15,133 nt of DNA from Promethearchaeota archaeon (lineage in GTDB: Archaea; Asgardarchaeota; Lokiarchaeia; Sigyniarchaeales; SOKP01). The stretch is from contig JAFGOA010000169.1 of the NCBI GenBank assembly GCA_016926735.1, positions 1-15,133 on the forward strand, written 5' to 3'. Below, piece by piece: positions 1 through 7,408 of this stretch. Numbering within the stretch: position 1 is the stretch's first letter; every line of letters begins with the position of its first letter. The notes beneath the pieces are model-generated. The model was given only the letters and a program-made list of their open reading frames with translations, was not told the origin of the DNA and searched no databases. Position numbers and translations under genes: made by a program.

Positions 1-34
1 ATATTATTGTAATCTAAAAACAAAAGGATCTTTA

Positions 35-238
35 ATGGATAAAGAAATAGAAAAGCTAAAAAAATTATTATTACATTGGATAGAGCATAATAATTCTCAT
101 ATTAAATCGTATATAAAATGGAAAAATTATGCACAAGGACGAGAACTCAAAGAAATTGTTGAAAATATGAATAAAGCAATTAAATTATTTGATGAAGGTA
201 ATACATATTTAGCAAAGGCTCATCAGTTGTTAAAATAA
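35..238 (+). CDS. Small helical His-rich protein, putative metal (Ni/Co/Zn) binding
   Basis: 67 aa, ATG start, amphipathic helices with an L-L-H-W-I-E-H-N-N-S-H-x3-Y-x2-W motif. I recall this HWxEHNxxH pattern from small uncharacterised proteins of anaerobes; function is inferred. Confidence 0.65.
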   Translation: MDKEIEKLKKLLLHWIEHNNSHIKSYIKWKNYAQGRELKEIVENMNKAIKLFDEGNTYLAKAHQLLK

Positions 239-279
239 ATATATAATTAAAAATAGGAAATAGTTGTTTTCAACGATTT

Positions 280-1485
280 TTATATAAATAAATTGATCAA
301 TGGTAGTAGTTGTTGACGGAAGTATCCTATTTTTTCATCAATTAATGTTGGATCTTCTAATAAAACCCAGAAATATACAGGAATATTAAGATCAGAATAT
401 TCAAATAATTTCTCACCTTGTATTATAAATCCATTTAGTGGAAGGTCTAATTTTATTGATTTTTCTCGAATTAATCCAATAGAATTATGAAAATTAGAAA
501 GTGTTTGTAAAAGTAAAGCTGTATTATTTATTAACATTTCATCAGTATTAGATGTGAAAAAACTCCCAAAAATTAATCCATCCATTGATATTAGACTGGC
601 TGCTTTTCCACTCACTAATTGAGTAAATTCTTGAAGAATATGTTCTATAATTTCTGATGTATCAGATATTCTCTTTAAAGCTAAACTAAACATTTGCATT
701 ATTGTTTCTTTTTGAAAAATTGTTGTATCATAATAATCAATTTCAAATGTATCAAATTTATTTAAAACAGGATTAAAAGCTTCTTTTATTGCATTTATAT
801 TATTTTGCCATTCGATAGTTTTTCTAAAATCTTGATCACTCTTGTTGAGTACAATTATTATGGGTGCCTTTTCTCCAATTTCTGTTAAAATTTCAAGAAC
901 TTGAGAGAAATACTCTGCTGATTCTTTGAATCTATTTTGATCTTGAACATCAATTACATATAAGATCAAATCAACGTCCGTGAAAAAGATTTCTGGTTTA
1001 TTAAAATAATATTTTTCTCTATATTGAACTTGACCACCCAGATCCCAAGATACAATAGGATAACCAAAAAACTCTAATTTTTCTCTTTTTACACCTTTAG
1101 TTGGTAGTAATGATTTTATAATTGAGAACTTATCCTGCAATACAGATAATATTGAAGTCTTACCTCCATTATCTAAACCAATAAGTAATAGTTTTTTTTG
1201 AGTTTTTAGTTGTTCAGTTACTTTTTTCTCTATTAGTCTTGCAATTTTTATCCATTTTATTATTACAGTTGGTATTGAATCCTTAATCTCAGGAGGATTA
1301 TCTTCATTTAAATGTGCAAGATCTTTAATCGAATTAACACCATGTTTTTTTAAATCCTCTGATGAGACCTGATCAATACCAATTAAAGTATCTGGTTTAA
1401 ATCGTAATATTTCTTCCAAATCAGAAATAATAATATTACTTTTAAATAATTCCTTTATTTTTGCTAAATCATCTTCTAATAACAT
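280..1485 (-). CDS. Rag/Arf-like small GTPase with N-terminal helix-hairpin-helix-like domain and C-terminal Roadblock/longin-like domain
   Basis: G1 GLDNGGKTS (aa103-111), G2 PTKG, G3 WDLGGQ, G4 NKSD, G5 DTTIF (Rag-type TSI[W/Y]). The C-terminus (IEHILQEF...ASLISMDGLIFGSF...TALLLQ) fits a Roadblock fold. The N-terminal LIGIDQVSSEDLKKHGVNSIKDLAHL fits HhH/RadA-N/DUF4332-like motifs. Confidence 0.9.
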   Translation of the reverse strand: MLLEDDLAKIKELFKSNIIISDLEEILRFKPDTLIGIDQVSSEDLKKHGVNSIKDLAHLNEDNPPEIKDSIPTVIIKWIKIARLIEKKVTEQLKTQKKLLLIGLDNGGKTSILSVLQDKFSIIKSLLPTKGVKREKLEFFGYPIVSWDLGGQVQYREKYYFNKPEIFFTDVDLILYVIDVQDQNRFKESAEYFSQVLEILTEIGEKAPIIIVLNKSDQDFRKTIEWQNNINAIKEAFNPVLNKFDTFEIDYYDTTIFQKETIMQMFSLALKRISDTSEIIEHILQEFTQLVSGKAASLISMDGLIFGSFFTSNTDEMLINNTALLLQTLSNFHNSIGLIREKSIKLDLPLNGFIIQGEKLFEYSDLNIPVYFWVLLEDPTLIDEKIGYFRQQLLPLINLFI

Positions 1486-1745
1486 TATTAATCAAAATAA
1501 TAATTATACAATTATATAAATAATATTTAGTATTAAAGATATAATATTTTCTATTTATAGATATATGCCTTTTTAAATTATAAAATATAAAAAAACATTT
1601 TCTAAGGAAGTAAGAGTGAACTTGAATGAAAATTAGAAATTAATAATTCATTAAGAATTTAATAATAATTAAGTAAATAAATAAGAAATATATTAATTTA
1701 TTAAGATTAAAATCTAAGATATCACAAAGACTTAGGTATATTAGT

Positions 1746-2942
1746 GTGTCCAACCGGTATGCAGAAAATATAGTCATTTGTATTGATACTTCACGTTCAA
1801 TGTTTAGAAGTGATTATTCACCTTCTAGATTGGTATCATGTATTTCAGCGATAAAAAAGCTAATTTCAGAAAGATTACGTATTGATCCATCAAGTCAATT
1901 TGCAATTGTTAAATTTTCAAGTAATGCTGAAAAATTACTAGATTTCACTAATATTGAAGAAGATATATTTAAGGTATTTGAATCCTTAGAAATTAAAGGA
2001 ACATCAGCTATAGGTGAAGCTTTAGCTCTTTCGATAAAAATAATTATAGAAGAACTTAGGAAAATAGATGCAAGAATTCATAAAATTCTTTTAATATCTG
2101 ATGGTAATTATAATAAAACTGCAGTAGATCCTTTAAAAATGGCTAGACTTGCACAAGGTCTTAACATAAAAATTGATACTTTTAGAATTTCTAGCGGAGG
2201 AAAAATGAATATTCTGAAACGACTAAGTGATGTTTCGGGTGGGAAATATTATTATAATAATGATGAAATCACACTGATGGATTCAGCTGTTGGTTTTGCT
2301 AATTCAAATATTGGTTCAAATATTGATCTTACAGATAGAGTTCGTAATCCTGCATTTTTGAGAAAAATAGCTGCAAACCTTTTAAGAGTTCAAGATTTAA
2401 CAAAAGATCAAGAACAGAGAATTAAACAAATAAAGGGTATTGCCGATTATAAAAAATGTTCTATTTGCTTTTCAGATAAAGATTTAGTAACAAAAGGATC
2501 TTTTTATTTAACAGGAAGATATTGTCCAAATTGTCAAACCCCTTTTCATATTCATTGTCTTTCTAAGTGGGCAGATTCTTCTGGTGATGCAAAATTAAGA
2601 AGTTCAGGGACTTGCAGATGTCCACATTGTTTTTATCTTTTAAAAATTCCAACTGAAGTTTCACAAGCTCAAAGACTAAAAATATTAACTGAGATGAATA
2701 CCAATCCTGATATCGGTCCAAAACCTATAGAAGTTGTTTCTGCAATAAAAATTAAAGCTTCATTCTTAGGAGATGAAGCATTATATAATTCTTGTCCAGT
2801 TTGTAATATGATATTTGAAGAAAACCAGGAAATTATAAAATGTGGAAAATATAATTGTGGTATATTATATCATATTGATTGTTTTTCAAAATTACATGAT
2901 CATATTTGTAAAAATTGTGGTTCTAAATTAGAGATTAGATAG
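1746..2942 (+). CDS. vWA domain protein with two C4HC3 RING-like zinc fingers (TFIIH p44/Ssl1- and Rpn10-like vWA); putative E3 ligase or scaffold
   Basis: GTG start. MIDAS DTSRS (aa14-18), GTS, ISDG. Finger 1: C238,C241,C260,C263,H268,C271,(W275),C292,C295. Finger 2: C350,C353,C366,C371,H376,C379,C388,C391. Confidence 0.88.
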   Translation: MSNRYAENIVICIDTSRSMFRSDYSPSRLVSCISAIKKLISERLRIDPSSQFAIVKFSSNAEKLLDFTNIEEDIFKVFESLEIKGTSAIGEALALSIKIIIEELRKIDARIHKILLISDGNYNKTAVDPLKMARLAQGLNIKIDTFRISSGGKMNILKRLSDVSGGKYYYNNDEITLMDSAVGFANSNIGSNIDLTDRVRNPAFLRKIAANLLRVQDLTKDQEQRIKQIKGIADYKKCSICFSDKDLVTKGSFYLTGRYCPNCQTPFHIHCLSKWADSSGDAKLRSSGTCRCPHCFYLLKIPTEVSQAQRLKILTEMNTNPDIGPKPIEVVSAIKIKASFLGDEALYNSCPVCNMIFEENQEIIKCGKYNCGILYHIDCFSKLHDHICKNCGSKLEIR

Positions 2943-2949
2943 AGCTTCA

Positions 2950-3873
2950 ATGTTTTTTGAATTTAATATAAGTACACAGCAAGTCAAAATCATGAATGAT
3001 AATTGTTATACTTATGGAGATATTACTTTAGGGAAAGGCAATTTTAATTTACCTCCCGTACTTATAGGAACAATTTTCTATATGGGACAGACAATTATTG
3101 AAAGACAAAATCCCTCCATCTTTAATAAAGAAAAAGCAAAAAAAAGAATAGATTTTCATAAAGAATTAGCATCTAAGTATAACATCCCTGAAATGATTGA
3201 AATATCAGCTGATGATTCAAAATCTATTGTGAAATATCTTGAATTTTATTTGGATAATTATGATCCCCCATTTGTCTTGGGAGGAACATTTGATGCTAGA
3301 GTAAGTGGTATTGAATATTTAAATGAAAGAGGGATTAAACCAGTAGAATATATCTATAATTCTATATCAAATTTAAAAAATTCAAAAGAAATTGAATTAA
3401 TAAGGAAGAATAAAATTGATTCAACTATAATTCTTATTCTAGGAACTAATGAAATGACTTCAAATCAGAAATATAACTATCTTATTAAAAAAGATCCTCT
3501 AAATAAGAATAAAAATTTAATTGAAAACATAAAAGAGTTAGGAGTTAAAAGAATTTGGATTGATGGAGGTGTAATAGATTTAGAAAGTCTAGCTAATACA
3601 TTTGAAAATCATCATTTAGTAAAGAAATCTCTTAATTTGCCTGTAGGTACAGCTCCAAATTTATTTCTTTATAGATATTCATCACCAAGGTTAAATAAAA
3701 AATTCCATACTCGATATAGAAGAGCTAGTATAATGTTCATCTCTACGTGGATTTCAAATTTTATTTTTTATGGAGCTATAGAAGATGCAGTAGAATCTTT
3801 TGCGTCTACATATCAAGCTATTGAGCTCAAAAAAGTTACTCAAAATAAGAATATAAAACTATTTGATTTATAA
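2950..3873 (+). CDS. mtrH: Tetrahydromethanopterin S-methyltransferase subunit H (MtrH/MtgA) family protein, divergent
   Basis: MtrH-family signatures PPVLIGTIFY, FNKEKA, KYLEF, IYNSI, LPVG, FYGAIE. The true start may be the in-frame ATG at 2992. No other mtr genes are in the window. Confidence 0.8.
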   Translation: MFFEFNISTQQVKIMNDNCYTYGDITLGKGNFNLPPVLIGTIFYMGQTIIERQNPSIFNKEKAKKRIDFHKELASKYNIPEMIEISADDSKSIVKYLEFYLDNYDPPFVLGGTFDARVSGIEYLNERGIKPVEYIYNSISNLKNSKEIELIRKNKIDSTIILILGTNEMTSNQKYNYLIKKDPLNKNKNLIENIKELGVKRIWIDGGVIDLESLANTFENHHLVKKSLNLPVGTAPNLFLYRYSSPRLNKKFHTRYRRASIMFISTWISNFIFYGAIEDAVESFASTYQAIELKKVTQNKNIKLFDL

Positions 3874-3975
3874 TAATATCGGTCAATAATTTTAAATATC
3901 AAATTCTTTTTTAGATATACAAGAATATAACACATTAAGATAGATTTATAAAACACCTAAATATTACGACTAAAT

Positions 3976-5100
3976 ATGATAGAAGATCAAGAAGAAAAAA
4001 AAATAGAAGCAGTAAGATTAATTGATCTGGCAGAAGACGCTTTAAATAATGAAAAAGCAAAAGAATCAATAGATCTATATGAGAAAGCTGCCCAGATTTA
4101 CTTAGATATAGGTAGTTATTTTAAAATTGATGAAATATATATAAGAATTGCTTCGATTATTTCACAATTTAAGAATCATATTCAATCAGTTTATCGGTTA
4201 AAATCAATTATTAGAAAAACTGAAAAACTAAAATTAGACGAAATTTCAGCAAAATTATTATTGCAGCTTGGAAATATCTCTTTTAAAATGAAAGATTATG
4301 AAACTGCAGGTGAAGCATGGGAATCAGCATCAAATTATTTTTATAATTTAAATCCAAAAGAATATCATGGATTAGCTTCAGAACTATTATTAAAAGCAGG
4401 TCAAGTTTTAGAAAAGACACATTCTAATAAAAATAAAGGAGAGCAACTCATTTTGAAATCAGTAATGAAAATGAATAGAATTGAAGAATTACTCGAATTA
4501 GAGGAAAAAAGAGGTATTCAATTATTAGAAATGGAAAAATACGAAGGTGCTGCAAATAAATATTTAGAACTTGCAAATTATTTTAAAAAGAGCATTATTG
4601 AATTAGATAAATTAATTAATTTATCTGAAGAAAAGGAGATTATGAAAAATGCTAAAACTCGTTTAATGCATATAACAGCGGAATATGAAACAATTGCTAT
4701 CTTATCTTTAAGAGCTTTAAAAGATAACAATAAAGAAAAAGAAATAAACACTTTAGCAAAAGAAATTATTGATCTTCTGAAAGAGACTGTCTATATTATA
4801 AAAGAAATCTTTAATTCTAAACGGATAGAAATAGATAATGAAGATATAATGAGAATCACTTTTGATGTTTTTTTAATCAGTTTAATACAAAATTTAATAC
4901 TAGAAACAGAAGAAATAAGACCAATTGATTATTTACTTCAAGATTTAGAAAAATCATCTAATATTAAAAAGATTAAAAATACTGCTTTTTATTCTCTAAT
5001 AGAGAGAATTGATAAAGTAGGATTTAAAGAATCTTTAAAAACAATAGAAGAAACCAATTTAGGGCGTATTGATAAAATAAAAAAAATATTAATAATCTAA
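3976..5100 (+). CDS. Alpha-SNAP/TPR-like helical repeat protein
   Basis: All-helical composition with repeated TPR/SNAP-type units: ESIDLYEKAAQIY, KDYETAGEAWESASNYF, LLLKAGQVL, EKYEGAANKYLELANYF. Confidence 0.7.
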   Translation: MIEDQEEKKIEAVRLIDLAEDALNNEKAKESIDLYEKAAQIYLDIGSYFKIDEIYIRIASIISQFKNHIQSVYRLKSIIRKTEKLKLDEISAKLLLQLGNISFKMKDYETAGEAWESASNYFYNLNPKEYHGLASELLLKAGQVLEKTHSNKNKGEQLILKSVMKMNRIEELLELEEKRGIQLLEMEKYEGAANKYLELANYFKKSIIELDKLINLSEEKEIMKNAKTRLMHITAEYETIAILSLRALKDNNKEKEINTLAKEIIDLLKETVYIIKEIFNSKRIEIDNEDIMRITFDVFLISLIQNLILETEEIRPIDYLLQDLEKSSNIKKIKNTAFYSLIERIDKVGFKESLKTIEETNLGRIDKIKKILII

Positions 5101-5101
5101 C

Positions 5102-5281
5102 TTAAATTCTATCCAGTTCTATTATTAAAATCTTTTTTAATTTTTGTATAATTTTTGAAGAGATTAATGATTTTTTTTTTTTTGTCTGATTAATGCTTGA
5201 AAATGGAATTATTATTCGGTTTATATCATTAAAGATATTTATTGGATTTTCTTTCATAATATTCATTTTTATTTCTAGCAT
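5102..5281 (-). CDS. Possible small basic protein (59 aa, not in ORF track)
   Basis: Hand translation MLEIKMNIMKENPINIFNDINRIIIPFSSINQTKKKKSLISSKIIQKLKKILIIELDRI*. No recognisable motif; may be the antisense shadow of the T-rich terminator. Confidence 0.2.
   Translation of the reverse strand: MLEIKMNIMKENPINIFNDINRIIIPFSSINQTKKKKSLISSKIIQKLKKILIIELDRI
5131..5183 (+). terminator. Putative archaeal oligo-T terminator of the vWA-RING/mtrH/TPR run
   Basis: Successive T tracts (T6, T5, T5, then T13 at 5171-5183) 30-80 nt after the stop at 5100. Confidence 0.45.
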
Positions 5282-5415
5282 ATCATAATAAGTTTAGATT
5301 TTCAATAAAAATCTGATTAGACTTAGAGTTTAGTGATTTTTAGAAAAAAAAGTTCTTATATCTATCTAATAAGAAATTAAAAAATGGATAATTGAAAGGA
5401 AAGTTTTTAAATCTA

Positions 5416-5754
5416 TTACATAAACTTCAATAAGAGTTGGTTATATTTTATGCAACTAATTTTTCTAACCCCATGTTTTCCAGAACTATAATCACATTTT
5501 ATTAATTCTGCTTCCTCAAGAATCTTAATTTGAGCCGATATATTAGCCTCAGTCATGGTTAAATTCGATGCAATTTTAGAAACATCCATAGGTTCAGATT
5601 GAATATGTCTTAGTATATTACGCCTTGTTTTTGAAGATAAGGCTTTTAAAATCAGTTCAATTTTTTCATCAGTTTCAATAACTTTTAAATTTGAATAATT
5701 TTCTAATAAATTAACTTCTAAAATTTCGCTTTCAGTCATTTCGCTAAACTCCAA
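5416..5754 (-). CDS. ArsR/SmtB-family winged helix-turn-helix transcriptional regulator
   Basis: LKALSSKTRRNIL...MDVSKIASNLTMTEANISAQIKILEEAELI wHTH pattern, with wing GKHGVRKIS. The track start is TTG; there is an alternative ATG at 5739. Confidence 0.88.
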   Translation of the reverse strand: MEFSEMTESEILEVNLLENYSNLKVIETDEKIELILKALSSKTRRNILRHIQSEPMDVSKIASNLTMTEANISAQIKILEEAELIKCDYSSGKHGVRKISCIKYNQLLLKFM

Positions 5755-5885
5755 TACATATTCAATAATTACTTAAATTATTTTTATAATACTTACAAGA
5801 TAACTAAGTCATTTTATCCTTTTATATCTTAGGTATAAGTTTTAACGTAATCAAATGTTAGTTTAGTAGTCATATTCATAAATTG

Positions 5886-5899
5886 GTTACATATGTGAC
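5886..5899. promoter_or_regulatory. Candidate operator palindrome GTTACATATGTGAC
   Basis: 14-bp dyad with 6 of 7 pairs matching, relatively GC-rich, about 130 bp upstream of the ArsR-like gene. Confidence 0.3.
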
Positions 5900-6589
5900 A
5901 TTTTAATACAAAAATTTTATTAGTTTTACATATATTGAAAAATATAAATATATGTTTAACAAAAGAATCTAAAATCTATAGTTAAATATAAGAATTATAT
6001 TGAATAATTTTACAATTTCCACTAATGATCCGAGCATAATAGAGGTTTTAGATTCTTTTATTAGAGATTTAGTGTTTTAAGAGGATTTAAAGATAAAAAT
6101 TTAAAGTTAATTAAACAAAAGAAACTATCATTTTTAGTAAAATCTCTTTTTTTAAGAATAGAATAAGTTAGACTATAAAATATTTTTTATATCAAAATTA
6201 ATTATAATGAAATCTCTTGAAACACTTAATAACGTATTAAATCAGTAATATTTGATTTATAACGAATAAAATTTAAATGTACTTTTTTAATTCAATAGTT
6301 TAATTAGTTTGCACTGAAGAGAATTGAATATAATAATCTAAAAGATAAATCAAGATTATTTTATTAATCCATATAAGTTAATAATTAGAAAGAATGAATT
6401 TCTGTTCCTTATCTATAAAAATGAAGTCTAAAAACGAAAATAAAAAGTAATTATTTTTATTCATTGGTTACTTAAATTACAATTAATGAAAATGATTATA
6501 TTAACAACAATTAATATTATAAGATTCTTTAAATAATTTGTTAAATATTAGAATGAAAATATAAGAGAAATAAACGAGAATTAGAAAAA

Positions 6590-7177
6590 ATGAAGAAATC
6601 CTCAAGTATATTAACAGTCCGTATCCATGAAGACCTTGATGAGAATTTAGATAATATTTGTAAAAAAAGGGGGCTTAAAAAAGCGACTGTAGTGAGAGAA
6701 TATTTGGATAAAGCTAAATTCTTTTTAATAGACCATAATTCAATTAAATCGAAGAATGAAAATAATCTAATATTATTAAAAAGAACATATTTTAGAAATA
6801 TTTTAGAAAAAATTGATGAACTTTCTCAAATAGAACTAGGAAGTGAATTGGCCCGTTTCATAAATGATCTTGCTCGATTAGAAGGAAAAATAGATGATAT
6901 ACAATATAAAATTGCTATTTGTGAAGAATATGGATTATTTTCAAAATTTATTGATAAGGAAAATTATATTTTATTCTCTAAAAAATTTGGCCCTCGAAAA
7001 TTTGTTGAAGCTTTTGTATGGATTTTAATATCTAAAGGAGATAAAGGAGATTTTGATAAACAATTTACTCAAGAAGAACTATCAAATAGTAGTAAGTTAA
7101 ATAAAAAATATGAAGAATTAATTCAACCAATTAAAAGAGATTCATCTTATTATGCTTTTGAGTTTGCAAAACTATAA
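6590..7177 (+). CDS. Ribbon-helix-helix (CopG/MetJ/Arc-type) regulator with uncharacterised C-terminal domain
   Basis: N-terminal ILTVRIHEDLDENLDNICKKRGLKKATVVREYLD gives the alternating beta-strand, helix, G-turn, helix pattern; about 150 aa of extra domain follows. Confidence 0.78.
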   Translation: MKKSSSILTVRIHEDLDENLDNICKKRGLKKATVVREYLDKAKFFLIDHNSIKSKNENNLILLKRTYFRNILEKIDELSQIELGSELARFINDLARLEGKIDDIQYKIAICEEYGLFSKFIDKENYILFSKKFGPRKFVEAFVWILISKGDKGDFDKQFTQEELSNSSKLNKKYEELIQPIKRDSSYYAFEFAKL

Positions 7178-7368
7178 TTAACTAATAGTTTTTCAAACTT
7201 AAAATGTTGCCTAAGAAAACATCCTTATTTATGAAGATGGTGAATTGAGTTTTAAAAAAAAAATATTCAGAAGAGACATCTTTTTTTACCTATTTATCCG
7301 GTATTATCGTATTAATTAATTTTGATATTGTTTTAACAGTGATAGGTTGATTGATTCTATAACCAATT

Positions 7369-7408
7369 CTATACTCATAAGAGGGAACGGTCTTTAGAAT
7401 GGGTATAG
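7369..7408. terminator. Stem-loop between convergent genes
   Basis: CTATACTCAT (7369-7378) pairs with ATGGGTATAG (7399-7408), with one G-U on the + strand. Inner AAGA/TCTT helix. It lies next to the maltokinase stop at 7410. Confidence 0.4.

Noticed and set aside
2950-3873. Evidence for methanogenesis from mtrH
   Set aside because: A lone, divergent MtrH-family gene without mtrA-G or mcr does not indicate methanogenesis; such homologues are common in non-methanogens.
5952-6080. Protein-like frame MFNKRI*NL*LNIRIILNNFTISTNDPSIIEVLDSFIRDLVF*
   Set aside because: Two in-frame stops, short, and no recognisable family, so a pseudogene call cannot be supported.
5769-6479. 12-mer TTACTTAAATTA at 5769-5780 and 6468-6479
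   Set aside because: Almost pure A/T; such a match is plausible by chance in this region.
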